Source: Candidatus Omnitrophota bacterium
GTDB lineage: Bacteria; Omnitrophota; Gorgyraeia; Gygaellales; Profunditerraquicolaceae
Direction: 5' to 3'
DNA length: 64,000 nt
NCBI GenBank assembly: GCA_041650835.1
Contig: JBAZKL010000003.1
Coordinates: 227,682 to 291,681 of the forward strand
Under the pieces are notes generated by a model. That model saw only the letters and a program-made list of their open reading frames with translations, made no database searches and was not told the origin of the DNA. A program made the translations under genes and the position numbers. How positions within the stretch are numbered: the first letter of the stretch is position 1; the number at the start of each line of letters is the position of its first letter. Positions 47,821 through 62,302 of the stretch are shown piece by piece.

Positions 47821-49659
47821 TTATTCTACGGTGACTGACTTTGCCAGGTTACGCGGCTGGTCAACGTCACAACCACGCTTCACCGCGATATGGTAGGCGA
47901 TCAACTGCAACGGAAGCACCACCAGCAAGGGAGAAAACAATTCATTGCATTTGGGGATATAAACAACTTCCCTGGTCTGCAGCTTTATCTTGGTATCATT
48001 GCTGCTGGCAATAGCGATGATCTTTCCCTTGCGGGCGCGGATCTCCTGAAGGTTAGAGATCATCTTTTCATAGACATGAGAATCGATGGTAATACAGACA
48101 ACCGCGCGGTACTCATCAATGAGCGCGATAGGGCCGTGCTTCATTTCACCCGCGGCATAGCCTTCCGCGGGAATATAAGAAATCTCTTTCAACTTCAGCG
48201 CCCCTTCAAGCGCCGACGGAAAATTCACGTTCCTGCCTAAGAACAAAAACGAGCCGAAATGTGAATGCCGGCGGGCTAAAGCGGCAATAGCATTTTGGTT
48301 CTTCAAGATCTCTTCCTGCTGCCTGGGGATACGCCGCAATTCATCGATATATTTATTGCTCTTCTCCGCCGGCAGGATATTCCTGAGCTGCGCCAGATAG
48401 ATCGCGAACAGGTACAAAGCGGTCAATTGTGCGGTATACGCCTTGGTCGAAGCGACCCCGATCTCCGGCCCGGCATGGGTATACATTACGCCGTCGGATT
48501 CCCGGGTCAAGGTCGAGCCCAGGACATTGCATACGCATAAAACAGACGCGCCTAATTTTTTAGCCTGCCTGATGCCGGCCAGGGTATCGGCTGTTTCTCC
48601 CGACTGGCTGATAGCGACGACCAGCGTGTCCTCATCGATCAAAAGGTCGCGGTAGCGGAATTCGCTGGAAACATCGACGATCGTCGGGATCGCGCAGACG
48701 GATTCTAAAACATACTTTCCCACGAACCCCGCGTGGTACGCCGTCCCGCAGGCGACAATAGCGATATTCTTGATTTTTTTAAAGCGTTCCGCAGGGATCT
48801 TTAATTCTTCAAAATATACGCGGTTAGTATCCTTCTGGATGCGGGAATTGATCAAATTCTCGACGACGCGAGGCTGTTCATTAAGCTCCTTAAGCATAAA
48901 ATGCTTATATCCCTGCTTCTCCGCCTGGGTTATATCCCAGTTGATCTTAACCGGTTTTTTAACGACCTCTTTACCGTTCAAGTCGGAGATCTTATACGCG
49001 TCTTTCGTCAGGACGGCCACTTCGTTTTCTTCCAGAAAAATGATCTCATTGGTAGAATCCAGGATCGCGGGGACATCAGATGCAAAGAAATTCTCATTTT
49101 TACCCACGCCCAGGATCAACGGGCTTCCCAACCTGATGGCAACGAGCTTATCCGGCTCTTTGTTGCAAATGGCGACGATGGCAAAAGCCCCCTCCAGCCG
49201 GGCAACGGCTTTCTTGAGCGCCTCCTCCAAGCTGCAATTCTTTAGATATTTCTCTATTAAATGGACGATGACTTCCGTATCGGTCTGGCTTTTAAAGGAA
49301 TGTCCTTCTTTGATCAATTCGGCTTTGAGCTTCGCGTAATTTTCGATGATGCCGTTATGCACCACGGCTATCTCATTGCCGCAATCATTATGCGGATGCG
49401 CGTTGACCTGATTGGGCGCGCCGTGGGTCGCCCATCGCGTATGCGCGATACCAACGCTTCCGGAAAGCGATTTTTTATGGAGCAGCTTTTCCAGGGCGCT
49501 GATCTTACCGGGCGACTTGCGGATAGAAATGGCTTTCTTGCCGGACAAAAGCACAGCGATCCCGCTTGAGTCATACCCCCGGTACTCAAGCCGCTTTAAG
49601 CCGCTGATAAGCAGGGGTTGCGCCTGCCTTTCTCCAACATATCCGACTATTCCGCACAT
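47821..49659 (-). CDS. glmS: glutamine--fructose-6-phosphate aminotransferase (isomerising)
   Basis: 612 aa; N-terminal MCGIVGY (Cys2 nucleophile), two SIS domains. Confidence 0.95.
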   Translation of the reverse strand: MCGIVGYVGERQAQPLLISGLKRLEYRGYDSSGIAVLLSGKKAISIRKSPGKISALEKLLHKKSLSGSVGIAHTRWATHGAPNQVNAHPHNDCGNEIAVVHNGIIENYAKLKAELIKEGHSFKSQTDTEVIVHLIEKYLKNCSLEEALKKAVARLEGAFAIVAICNKEPDKLVAIRLGSPLILGVGKNENFFASDVPAILDSTNEIIFLEENEVAVLTKDAYKISDLNGKEVVKKPVKINWDITQAEKQGYKHFMLKELNEQPRVVENLINSRIQKDTNRVYFEELKIPAERFKKIKNIAIVACGTAYHAGFVGKYVLESVCAIPTIVDVSSEFRYRDLLIDEDTLVVAISQSGETADTLAGIRQAKKLGASVLCVCNVLGSTLTRESDGVMYTHAGPEIGVASTKAYTAQLTALYLFAIYLAQLRNILPAEKSNKYIDELRRIPRQQEEILKNQNAIAALARRHSHFGSFLFLGRNVNFPSALEGALKLKEISYIPAEGYAAGEMKHGPIALIDEYRAVVCITIDSHVYEKMISNLQEIRARKGKIIAIASSNDTKIKLQTREVVYIPKCNELFSPLLVVLPLQLIAYHIAVKRGCDVDQPRNLAKSVTVE

Positions 49660-49795
49660 TGAGCACCTCTTGTGATTTTTTGATTGGACATTCCGCTATT
49701 CCTTCGTAGCCCTACATTGGTAAGATCCCTCGCTTCTTACAGTAAAATGAGGGAAGCTCGGGATTAAATTTTCCCGCTTTCGCGGTCAAATTTAG

Positions 49796-49870
49796 CGTCC
49801 CCAACCGGATTTGAACCGGTGTCGAGAGCTTGAAAAGCTCTTGTCCTAGGCCAGGCTAGACGATGGGGAC
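49796..49870 (-). tRNA. tRNA-Glu (anticodon TTC)
   Basis: Acceptor GTCCCCA/TGGGGAC, anticodon arm AGAGC-TTTTCAA-GCTCT, T-loop GGTTCAAATCC. Confidence 0.85.
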
Positions 49871-49993
49871 ATATCTATGTAAGTTTTAAAGATAAGATTT
49901 TAGTGCTGAGAAACTCATAAACGGCAGAATTACAAACCGATTTTATAGTATACACTATAGCCGAAAAAAAGTCAAATCGCAAAGCGCTCTTTT

Positions 49994-52426
49994 TTACTCT
50001 TCTTCATCGGGGATCACCAAGGCCACGGAAGAAACATGGTCCTTCTCTTCGAGCTTGATCAAACGCACGCCCTGGCTGGACCGCCCCGTAGAGCGGATAT
50101 CTTTGACCGCGCAGCGCAAAAAGACACCCTGGTTCGTGATCATCATCAACTCATCGCGGTCGGAAACAGCCTTTAACCGCACCGCTTCCCCGTTTTTCTT
50201 GGTCACTTTAATATTAATGATGCCCTTGCCGCCGCGGCGCTGGATCCGGTATTGTGAAATAGGCGTACGCTTGGTAAAACCTAATTCCGTAACCGTCAAT
50301 ACCGTATCGTCCTTCTCTCCCATTTCCATGGCGATAACATCGTCATTCTTAGCAAGGGAGATGCCGCGCACGCCGCGCGCCGCCCTGCCCATCGGCCGGG
50401 CCTGCGTTTCAGGGAAACGGATAGCTTTTCCCATGCGGGTCGCCAACAGCATATCTTTTTTACCGTCGGTCAACTTCACGTCGATCAACTCGTCTTTATC
50501 TTCAAGGGTGATCCCGATGATGCCGTTCTTGCGGGGATTACTGTAATCGTTGAGCGCGGTCTTCTTTATAAAACCCATGCGGGTCGCCATGACCAGGAAT
50601 TTATCTTCGCTGAACTCCTTGACCGGGATGGTGGAACTTACTTTTTCATTCGAAGAAAGCGAAAGCACGTTAACGATAGCCTTACCGCGGGAAACGCGGC
50701 TGCCTTCGGGTATCTCATAGACTTTCAGCCCGTAGACCTTTCCCTTATCGGTGAATATCAAAAGGTAGTCTTTGGTAGAGGCGACGAAAAGATGCTCCAC
50801 GAAATCCTCGTCTTTGACATCCGCCCCGGTAGAGCCTTTGCCGCCCCGCCGCTGTTTGCGGTAGGCGCTCACCGGAAGGCGCTTGATATAGCCGTTATGG
50901 CTTATCGTAATGACGACATCCTCTTCGGCGATCAGGTCCTCGATCTCGATCTCTTCAACATCTCCGACGATATCGGTCCGCCTCTGGTCACCGTATTTCT
51001 GCTTCAACGCGGACAACTCCTCTTTAATGATCCCTTCGATCTTTTTCTCGGAAGCAAGGATCGCTTTGCAAAACTCTATTTTTTTCAAGAGCTCCATATA
51101 TTCCGCGTCGAGCTTGTCCTGCTCCAGCGCGGTCAGGCGCTGTAATTGCATTTCAAGGATGGCCTGCGACTGGATCTCTGAAAGATCGAATTCCTTCATC
51201 AGGTTTTCTTTGGCGACAGGGACCGTCTTTGATTGCTTGATCACCTTGATGATGCGATCGATGAATTTAAGCGCTATCTTTAAGCCTTCCAGGATATGCG
51301 CGCGCTTTAACGCCTTATCCAGTTCAAACTGTGTCCGGCGGCGGATAATGATCTTGCGGTGCTCGATATAACAATCCAGGATCTGGCGCAGGTTCAGGAC
51401 CTTCGGGCGGTTATTGACCAGGGCAAGCATAATAATGCCGAACGTCGTCTCAAGCTGCGTGTGTTTGAAAAGCTGGTTTAAAACGATCTGCGGTTCAGCG
51501 TCCCGTTTAAGCTCGCAGATGATACGCATGCCGTCTTTATCGGATTCGTCGCGAATATCGCTGATCCCCTCTATTTTTTTATCTTCCACGAGCCCGGCGA
51601 TAGCTTCGATCAGACCCGCTTTTTGCACCTGGTAGGGGATCTCGGTGATCACGATCAGGTCCTTGCCGTTCTTCTGATGCTCGATGGTCGCGCGCGCGCG
51701 CACCGTGACCTTGCCCCTGCCGGTATGATAGGCGTCCTTGATGCCGCCCTTGCCGCAGATAACGCCTCCCGTCGGAAAATCAGGGCCCTTGACATATTTC
51801 ATCAGGTCCTTACACTCAAGCCCGGGGTTATCAAGCAGGTTCATGATCGCTTCGGCGACTTCATTGAGGTTGTGCGGCGGGATATTGGTCGCCATACCGA
51901 CGGCAATACCGCTTGAGCCGTTGACCAGCAGGTTCGGGAGTGCCGCCGGCAGCAATAACGGCTCCTGCAGGGAAGCGTCGAAATTAGGGCCGAAGTTCAC
52001 CGTCTCTTTATCAATGTCGCTGAGCATCTCATCTGAAATACCGGCAAGGCGGGCTTCGGTGTAACGCATCGCCGCCGCGGAATCTCCGTCGACAGAACCG
52101 AAGTTCCCCTGCCCGTCGACAAGCGGATACCGCAAAGAAAAATCCTGGGCCATGCGCACGAGCGTGTCATAAACCGCCACATCCCCGTGCGGATGGAATT
52201 TACCGAGCACCTCACCGACGATACGCGCGCATTTCTTATAGGGCTTGCTGTGCTCAAGGCCGAGCTCCTGCATCGCGAAAAGGATACGACGGTGCACCGG
52301 TTTTAAGCCGTCGCGCACGTCGGGCAAAGCGCGGCCGACGATAACGCTCATCGCGTAATTTAAATACGAATCTTTCACTTCATCTTCGATATAAACCGGG
52401 ATTATTTTTTCGTTTCGTGTATACAT
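49994..52426 (-). CDS. gyrA: DNA gyrase subunit A
   Basis: 810 aa; active-site region ...AAMRYTE..., C-terminal beta-pinwheel repeats. Confidence 0.95.
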   Translation of the reverse strand: MYTRNEKIIPVYIEDEVKDSYLNYAMSVIVGRALPDVRDGLKPVHRRILFAMQELGLEHSKPYKKCARIVGEVLGKFHPHGDVAVYDTLVRMAQDFSLRYPLVDGQGNFGSVDGDSAAAMRYTEARLAGISDEMLSDIDKETVNFGPNFDASLQEPLLLPAALPNLLVNGSSGIAVGMATNIPPHNLNEVAEAIMNLLDNPGLECKDLMKYVKGPDFPTGGVICGKGGIKDAYHTGRGKVTVRARATIEHQKNGKDLIVITEIPYQVQKAGLIEAIAGLVEDKKIEGISDIRDESDKDGMRIICELKRDAEPQIVLNQLFKHTQLETTFGIIMLALVNNRPKVLNLRQILDCYIEHRKIIIRRRTQFELDKALKRAHILEGLKIALKFIDRIIKVIKQSKTVPVAKENLMKEFDLSEIQSQAILEMQLQRLTALEQDKLDAEYMELLKKIEFCKAILASEKKIEGIIKEELSALKQKYGDQRRTDIVGDVEEIEIEDLIAEEDVVITISHNGYIKRLPVSAYRKQRRGGKGSTGADVKDEDFVEHLFVASTKDYLLIFTDKGKVYGLKVYEIPEGSRVSRGKAIVNVLSLSSNEKVSSTIPVKEFSEDKFLVMATRMGFIKKTALNDYSNPRKNGIIGITLEDKDELIDVKLTDGKKDMLLATRMGKAIRFPETQARPMGRAARGVRGISLAKNDDVIAMEMGEKDDTVLTVTELGFTKRTPISQYRIQRRGGKGIINIKVTKKNGEAVRLKAVSDRDELMMITNQGVFLRCAVKDIRSTGRSSQGVRLIKLEEKDHVSSVALVIPDEEE

Positions 52427-52487
52427 GTCTTATTGTTTTGGTTCGCCTCAAATCGCCCTGTTCGTAACAGCAGCGAAAGCCGCGAAA

Positions 52488-55354
<2,867 letters not shown>

Positions 55355-56567
55355 CAGTGCGGATAACGCCGGGTTTTTCCGTGCCGCTCAACTCAAATTC
55401 AACTTTTTCATCGGGAAGGTTCTTTAAAACATCGATAATATAATTCGGATTAAAGCCGATCACGATCTCCTTGCCGTGGTATTCGGTCGCGACCTCTTCC
55501 CGGGATTCTCCGATATCGGGAGTCGATTTTGAAACTACAAGCTTATCTTTAAAGACCTCGTATTTTACCGCTTGATAGTCGGGCGTGGCAAGGAGCGAGG
55601 CGCGCTTGACCGCGACCAGGAACTTTTCCCTATTGATCTTTATTTTGTTTTCAGAAACAGGCGGGACCACCTGGCGGTAATCGGGAAACTCTCCTTCAAT
55701 AAGCCGGGAAATAATGATCACATTGCCGAAATCGAACAATACCTGGTTGGCGCTGATGATCAACGAAACTTCCCCTTCATCCTTAAGGTTACGGTTCAAC
55801 TCCTGGATCGTTTTAATCGGGACTATAAAATGCAGGTCTTTATTGATGTTCTGTTTTAATTTATTTTCAATGATCGCCAATCGCTTTCCATCGGTAGCGA
55901 CCAATACCAGATTATTAGGGGTGATCTTAAAAAGTATCCCGTTTAAAATATACCTTGTTTCATCGAAAGAAACGGCGAAAGATGTTAAATTCAACATCCG
56001 CTTTAAAGCATACTGTTCTAATTTTATCACCTCTTTATCTTTAAACTCCGGTAATTTCGGGAATTCTTCCGCGGATAACCCCAAGATCTTGAATTGGCAT
56101 AAACTGGTATCAATGATCACTAAATTATTTTTCTTGGTACTGATCTCTGTTTCATCATCAGGTAATTCTTTAATGATATTACCAAACCTGCGCGCGGGAA
56201 TCGTTATCGAACCCGGCTCCTTTATATCAACAGGGATTACACAACTTATCCCGATATTCAAATCTGTGGCGGTCAACCGTAAATTATTTTGATGTGTTTC
56301 AAGAAGGATGTTGGATAGTATTGGTAATGTTGCTTTTGCGGTGATAATATTTTGGATTATTTCAATTCCATTAAGTAAAATATCTTTCTTAACCTTGAAT
56401 TTCATCACTTACCCCCAGGTTCACGTTTCCCTATTTCTTTTAATTTAATAAAAGATTAAAATCGTAATAGCCTTAATAATAGTGTGACCGCTTAGCTGTG
56501 CACACAGCCGTAACTTGTATATTAAAAGGGTGTTATAAAAAAAATAAACACGGGATAACTTCTGTAT

Positions 56568-57902
56568 TTAGTGTTGAAGAACCTTGATGATCCTGTTAAC
56601 CTTGTCTAATAAGTATTCGTTCTTCTTGATCTCTGTTTTGATCTTTGAATGTGAATGTAAAACGGTCGTATGGTCCTTGCCCCCAAAAAAAGTCCCTATC
56701 TCCGGCAGGGATAATTCCGTTAACTCCCTGCTTAGGTACATCGCGACCTGCCGGGGCAAAACAATATTTTTATTGCGCTTTTTGGTTTTTAAGTCCTGCA
56801 GCGACATTCCGAATTCTTCTACCACGCAGCGCTGTATAAAATCAATGGTTATGGTTTTCTTGGTTTCTTTCAAAAGGTCTTTTAATACCTCTTTGACTAA
56901 ATCGAGCGTGATCGCCTTTTCTTCTAAAAGCGAATACGCGATCACCCTGATCAACGCGCCCTCCAATTCCCTGATGTTGGTTTTGATCAGCTGCGCTATA
57001 AAAAAGATGACTTCATCGGGGACGGTTATGGGTTCGCGTTCTATTTTCTTTTTCAGGATGGCCACGCGCGTTTCCAGGTCCGGCGGCTGAATATCCGTGG
57101 TAAGCCCCCAGCTGAACCTCGATACGAGCCGGTCCTGCAAATTGGAGATCTCCTTGGGCGGCCGGTCGGAAGATATAATGATCTGCTTATGCGCGTCGTA
57201 TAAGGTGTTAAAGGTGTGGAAGAATTCTTCCTGGGTCGATTCTTTCCCCGCGATGAAATGGATATCGTCGATCACCAGCACGTCGGCATGGCGGTAGCGC
57301 TGCCGGAACGCCGAGGTCGCGTGGTGCTGGATAGCGTCGATGAGCTCGTTGGTAAAGCGTTCGGAGGCGATATAGCAGATCTTCATATGGGGATTTTTAC
57401 TTTTGATCTGGTGGCATATCGCCTGTATTAAATGTGTTTTTCCCAATCCCACTCCCCCGTAAATAAAAAGCGGGTTATACGCTTTCGCCGGGGATTCGGC
57501 GACTGCCATTGAATAGGCGTGCGCGTGGCGGTTGGAATGCCCTACGACAAAATTTTCAAAGGTATAACGGGGATTCAGAAAAAGGCTGTCGGGAAGCTCT
57601 TGAATGGACGTTTTTATTTTTTCAAGCGTCGGCTTTACCGCGGACTCTTTTAATTTTAGATTTGTTTCGATACTAAAAGTAATATCTTCTTTGGTGGTTT
57701 GCTGGATCGCCTCCTGGATAATAAATTTATAATGTTTCTCTATCCAGTCCCGGAAAAAATTATCCGGCGCTTCCAGGATGAGCGTATGAGTGTCGCTCTC
57801 TCTCGGTTTTAAGGGGTTGAGCCATGTCTCAAAAACAGTTTCTCCCAGCTTGTTTTTTAAATATTCCGATACTGCCTTCCAGTCTTTATGGATATCGAAC
57901 AT
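56568..57902 (-). CDS. dnaA: chromosomal replication initiator DnaA
   Basis: 444 aa; Walker A GGVGLGKTHL, AAA+ and C-terminal DNA-binding HTH domain. Confidence 0.95.
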   Translation of the reverse strand: MFDIHKDWKAVSEYLKNKLGETVFETWLNPLKPRESDTHTLILEAPDNFFRDWIEKHYKFIIQEAIQQTTKEDITFSIETNLKLKESAVKPTLEKIKTSIQELPDSLFLNPRYTFENFVVGHSNRHAHAYSMAVAESPAKAYNPLFIYGGVGLGKTHLIQAICHQIKSKNPHMKICYIASERFTNELIDAIQHHATSAFRQRYRHADVLVIDDIHFIAGKESTQEEFFHTFNTLYDAHKQIIISSDRPPKEISNLQDRLVSRFSWGLTTDIQPPDLETRVAILKKKIEREPITVPDEVIFFIAQLIKTNIRELEGALIRVIAYSLLEEKAITLDLVKEVLKDLLKETKKTITIDFIQRCVVEEFGMSLQDLKTKKRNKNIVLPRQVAMYLSRELTELSLPEIGTFFGGKDHTTVLHSHSKIKTEIKKNEYLLDKVNRIIKVLQH

Positions 57903-58450
57903 AACTTTATCTCGAAGTTAGTCGTTGGCGAATGTCCTATGCACAATTTATGCACACCTTGAATAAGTCTGTGTACATCGACTAGTAACTCGGCCTGGTA
58001 ATGTTGCTTACGAGCCAATAAAAGGCGGGACACCGGGACAACGTTTGTGCAAGCCCTGCGACCTCAAAATAACGGGCTGTCAAATAACTCGTTTTGCAGT
58101 CAATCGCATACAGAATCCGCTCAAACCTTAAATCGTATGTTGTATTATACAATATTTTTTTCGGCAGTCAACAAAAATAAAAAGGCTTCCGGCTGGCGGG
58201 TGCCGGCTTAAAGGCGGCGGCGCGCGGCTCTTTTAAGAGGCCCTTTTAAAAAGGGAATTATCTTGACCTTCAGAATTTTATATGTTAGAATTGCACGAAA
58301 AGAAATATGGCTTCTTTTTTTCAGGCCTGATTTTCACTGGGATGAAACTATATGCATTGACTTATGTTATATTTGTGTTATAATTTTTGATTCATAAAAA
58401 ATCAATGCGGAATAACCCGTGTTTATCTAAACTAAAGGAGAGTTTTTAAC
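57903..58450. other. candidate chromosomal origin of replication (oriC) between divergent dnaA and rpmH
   Basis: DnaA-box-like 9-mers TATGCACAA (57938), TTATGCACA (57948), TGTGTACAT (57970), TTGTGCAAG (58045); AT-rich stretches at 58130-58185 and 58270-58440; gene orientation switches here. Confidence 0.6.
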
Positions 58451-58588
58451 ATGAAAAAACATCTTAAAACGCCGTCAAAGATTAAAGGGAAACGCTGTCA
58501 CGGTTTCCGTCAGAAAATGTCTTCCAAGGCAGGCAGGGACGTGCTTTCCCGCCGCCGAAGAAAAGGGAGAAAGAAACTCACGGTATAA
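58451..58588 (+). CDS. rpmH: 50S ribosomal protein L34
   Basis: 45-aa [48 protein letters not shown] (below ORF-track size cutoff). Confidence 0.9.
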   Translation: MKKHLKTPSKIKGKRCHGFRQKMSSKAGRDVLSRRRRKGRKKLTV

Positions 58589-58804
58589 ATGGCGCAAAAA
58601 CTCATTATTTATCTGCTGAGCTTTTATCAAAAGCATGTAAGTGGGTTGCTTCCTCCTTCCTGCAGGTTTATGCCTACATGTTCAGAATATACCAAGCAGG
58701 CCATAAATAAATACGGTTTTTTTAAAGGAGGCATATTGGGGGTAAAACGCTTGCTTTGCTGCCATCCTTTGAGTAAGAAGTCGGGATATGATCCTTTAAT
58801 ATAA
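58589..58804 (+). CDS. yidD: membrane protein insertion efficiency factor YidD
   Basis: 71 aa; YQKHVSGLLPPSCRFMPTCSEY motif. Confidence 0.85.
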   Translation: MAQKLIIYLLSFYQKHVSGLLPPSCRFMPTCSEYTKQAINKYGFFKGGILGVKRLLCCHPLSKKSGYDPLI

Positions 58805-58824
58805 AATTTTTCGGGAGAAACTTC

Positions 58825-60357
58825 ATGGAAAAACGCTTGTTGTTAGCTATAGGATTGTCTTTATTAGTATTAACACTTTGGTCGAATTTGATGCCGAAGA
58901 CATCAATACCTACTGTTGTTCCTCCTGCGTCTATTAATGCTCCCGCGGTTACTAAGCCGGCAGACGCCCTGCAATCGATCCAGATTGGACAAAAACAAGA
59001 TGAAATAGTTCCGGATGCGCAAGACTATTTGACTTTTTCAAGGGAATCCGGTAGCGTTGTTTTCATTGAAAGCCAGGCTGCTATTAAAGAAGTTATCTTT
59101 AACCAGTATCAAAATTTTCAATATCCTCTTAAGTACGGTGCGTTATTAAGTGAAGCTGAATATAAGTATAAGAAACAATCCTCTTCTGAAAATGAGATTG
59201 TTTTTGTCCAATCTGACGAATCTAAAAAGATTATTAAACACTTTATTTTTTCTAAAACTAATTATAGCATAGATTTAGAAATTGAAGTCCAAAATTTATC
59301 GAATAAGCCTTTAAAAATGGATTTTCCCTTGGTGCTGGGGGTTTTAGATTTTGTGCAAGATAAAGAAGAGGCTCGTTTTCAAGATGTAAGTATTGAAACT
59401 ACCGATAAAACTTTGCGGCCTAATGTTCGTAAAGATGGATTATATGGTGATGTCAGGTTTATGGGCATTCGCGGGCGTTATTTTTGCGGGATCATTGAGC
59501 CGCTTGATAAAGGATTTTCCGCTTTCGTAAAGAAGGTAAAAGCTGAAGAGTCAGAGGTAGGATTGATGCTGCCGGGAGCCGTAATTGCGCCGGGCCAGAG
59601 TCTTGTAAAAGGATTTCGTTTATATATTGGTCCGCAGGATTCCGGTATTATAAGTAAAATTAAGCCTGAATGGACCGTAGTTATGTATTATGGAACCTTT
59701 GATATTATAGCTAAGGTATTATTGCAGATCTTAGAAATTCTCTATAAGGTCTTTCATAACTGGGGTTTAGCAATAATAGCCTTAAGCTTGTTGATTTACG
59801 TAGTACTTTTTCCTTTGTCAGTCAAGCAGATGCGTTCAATGAAACAGATGCAAGCTTTACAGCCTTTAATTGAATCTTTGCGAACAACATATAAAGATAA
59901 TCCGCAGAGACTAAATAAGGAAACCTTAGAATTATATAAAAAGCATAAAGTTAATCCATTTAGCGGATGTTTGCCTATGCTTTTGCAGTTGCCGATTTTC
60001 TTTTCATTATATCAAGCTATTATGAGATTAATTTCTCTTAAGGGAGCGCATTTTTTATGGATTAAAGATCTTTCAATACCGGATCGTTTATTTACATTGC
60101 CGGTTAGCTTACCGGTTATTAGTAATGAATTTAATATTTTGCCAATTTTAATGGCGATAGGCATGTTTGTGCAGCAGAAGGCGTCTATGCAAAGCACGAG
60201 TTCGGCATCAGCTGAGCAGCAAAAAATAATGATGATAGTATTTCCTATTATGTTTGGTTTTATTTTCTATCGCATGCCTTCAGGGTTAGTTTTATATTGG
60301 TTTGTTAATAGCGCCTTGATGTTGCTGTATCAATTAAAGCTTTCTAAAGAAAAATGA
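58825..60357 (+). CDS. yidC: membrane protein insertase YidC
   Basis: 510 aa; periplasmic domain + 5-TM 60-kDa inner-membrane insertase core. Confidence 0.9.
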   Translation: MEKRLLLAIGLSLLVLTLWSNLMPKTSIPTVVPPASINAPAVTKPADALQSIQIGQKQDEIVPDAQDYLTFSRESGSVVFIESQAAIKEVIFNQYQNFQYPLKYGALLSEAEYKYKKQSSSENEIVFVQSDESKKIIKHFIFSKTNYSIDLEIEVQNLSNKPLKMDFPLVLGVLDFVQDKEEARFQDVSIETTDKTLRPNVRKDGLYGDVRFMGIRGRYFCGIIEPLDKGFSAFVKKVKAEESEVGLMLPGAVIAPGQSLVKGFRLYIGPQDSGIISKIKPEWTVVMYYGTFDIIAKVLLQILEILYKVFHNWGLAIIALSLLIYVVLFPLSVKQMRSMKQMQALQPLIESLRTTYKDNPQRLNKETLELYKKHKVNPFSGCLPMLLQLPIFFSLYQAIMRLISLKGAHFLWIKDLSIPDRLFTLPVSLPVISNEFNILPILMAIGMFVQQKASMQSTSSASAEQQKIMMIVFPIMFGFIFYRMPSGLVLYWFVNSALMLLYQLKLSKEK

Positions 60358-60551
60358 ATAAACGAACACGTGTTGAAATAGAAGGAAAGACCGTAGAAGA
60401 CGCTATTAAAAAGGCCCTCCATGAATTAAAACTGGATAGAGGCCAGGTACGAGTTGAGATACTTTGTGAAGAGGAAAAGGGATTGTTTGGAATGGCAGGC
60501 GCAAAATTAGCAAAAATAAGAGTTACCGCGCTTCATCAAAAAAAGGTTTAG
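60354..60551 (+). CDS. Jag N-terminal-domain protein (KH/R3H domains absent)
   Basis: 65 aa MNKRTRVEIEGKTVEDAIKKALHELKL... matches Jag_N only. Confidence 0.6.
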   Translation: MNKRTRVEIEGKTVEDAIKKALHELKLDRGQVRVEILCEEEKGLFGMAGAKLAKIRVTALHQKKV

Positions 60552-60603
60552 AGAGAAAGAGAAAATGTTCCGCGTGGAACATTTTGTAACCTTATAAGGC
60601 GCA

Positions 60604-61455
60604 ATGGGTAAGATAATCGCGATATGTAATCAAAAGGGAGGAACGGGTAAAACAACATCAGCAGTTAATATTGCTGTATATGTTGCTTTGAATAATAAGA
60701 AGGTTTTGTTAATTGATCTCGATCCCCAGGCGAACGCAACAAGCGGTGTAGGTATTAATAGGCATAATATTAAACAAAGTACCTATCATATTTTGCTCGA
60801 AGAGTTGGGTGTTGGTGAAGTTTTGCAGAAAACCGCGATTGATAATTTGTTCTTAGCTCCTTCGAATTTAGATTTAACAGGCGCGGAAATTGAGCTAGTC
60901 GGTACTTTGGGCAGGGAATATAGGCTCAAAAGAGCTTTGAGCAAGATCAGGGATGAATTCGATTATATCTTTATTGATTCACCTCCAACGCTTGGATTGC
61001 TTACTATTAATGGATTATGCGCTGCCGATACTTTATTGATCCCGGTGCAATGTGAATTTTACGCGTTGGAGGGATTAACGCAGCTGATGAATACTATTGA
61101 ATTAGTAAGAAATAATTTGAACCCTAACTTAACAATTGAAGGGGTTTTTCTTACTATGGCTGATTTTCGTACTAATTTAAGTAAAGAGGTAATTCAAGAG
61201 GTAAGAAATTATTTTAAAGAAAAAGTATATCAAACGGTAATTCCCAGAAGTATTCGTTTAAGCGAGGCCCCAAGTTATGGTAAGCCCATAGCATTATATG
61301 ATAAGGATTGTATTGGAGCCGTGAAATACGAAGAATTAAGCAGAGAAATTATCGGGTTGCCAATAAAATCGTCCAGATTGGACATTTCTGAAGCCAAAAA
61401 TGTTAATGAACCTCAAGAAGGGACTGGAAAATTAGATGGACAACACAACGGATAG
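60604..61455 (+). CDS. parA: chromosome partitioning ATPase ParA/Soj
   Basis: 283 aa; deviant Walker A KGGTGKTT. Confidence 0.9.
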   Translation: MGKIIAICNQKGGTGKTTSAVNIAVYVALNNKKVLLIDLDPQANATSGVGINRHNIKQSTYHILLEELGVGEVLQKTAIDNLFLAPSNLDLTGAEIELVGTLGREYRLKRALSKIRDEFDYIFIDSPPTLGLLTINGLCAADTLLIPVQCEFYALEGLTQLMNTIELVRNNLNPNLTIEGVFLTMADFRTNLSKEVIQEVRNYFKEKVYQTVIPRSIRLSEAPSYGKPIALYDKDCIGAVKYEELSREIIGLPIKSSRLDISEAKNVNEPQEGTGKLDGQHNG

Positions 61456-62302
61456 AAGGGCGTTAGGCAAGGGGATAAACGCGTTGATCCCGTTAAAAGA
61501 AGCTGTTCATGAAGAAAAAATAACTTTTTTGGCCATTGAAAAGATCAAGCCTAATCCTTATCAACCGCGGGAAGATTTTGAGCCGCAGAGCTTGGAAGAG
61601 TTAACGCAATCTATTAGAGAAAAGGGCGTAATTCAACCGATCCTGGTCAGGCAAAGCGGGGAGCAGTATGAGCTTATCGCGGGAGAGCGCAGATTCCGCG
61701 CTGCCACAGCGTTAAAATTGAAAGAGATCCCGGTTATTATTAAAAACGTTGATGACCGAGATTCTTTAGAGTTGTCCCTGATCGAAAACATTCAGAGGCA
61801 AAACCTTAATCCCGTCGAAGAAGCGCGCGCGTATCACTATCTTATTGAAAAATATCAGTTGACTCAGGACGAGGTAAGCGATGTCCTGGGAAAGTCCCGC
61901 GCTACCGTGGCAAATGTCCTGCGCCTGTTGAAATTACCTATGGAAATCCAGGATGAAATTAAAAAAGGAAGGATCTCTTTCGCGCACGGGAGAGCGCTGC
62001 TTGAGGTGGAAGATATCAATAAACAGCGTCGCCTGGTCCAGGAAATTATTGCTAAGTCGTTATCTGTCAGAGAGTTAGAGTCTTTAATCAAAACTAACAG
62101 GTCGCGAAAAACCAGGCCTCTGCCGGCAGCGCAAATAGGGGATCCTTATGTGGTGGCATTGGAAGAGCGCCTGCAGCAGTTTTTGGCAACAAAAATAAGG
62201 ATTACCAGGAAGAAAAAACGGGGCCATATTCTGATTGAGTTTTATTCTCAAGAAGATTTGGAGAGGATAATTCATACCATACAAGGAGCGGGAAAACAAT
62301 GA
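61436..62302 (+). CDS. parB: chromosome partitioning protein ParB/Spo0J
   Basis: 288 aa; ParB box GERRFRAA, HTH. Confidence 0.9.
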   Translation: MDNTTDRRALGKGINALIPLKEAVHEEKITFLAIEKIKPNPYQPREDFEPQSLEELTQSIREKGVIQPILVRQSGEQYELIAGERRFRAATALKLKEIPVIIKNVDDRDSLELSLIENIQRQNLNPVEEARAYHYLIEKYQLTQDEVSDVLGKSRATVANVLRLLKLPMEIQDEIKKGRISFAHGRALLEVEDINKQRRLVQEIIAKSLSVRELESLIKTNRSRKTRPLPAAQIGDPYVVALEERLQQFLATKIRITRKKKRGHILIEFYSQEDLERIIHTIQGAGKQ

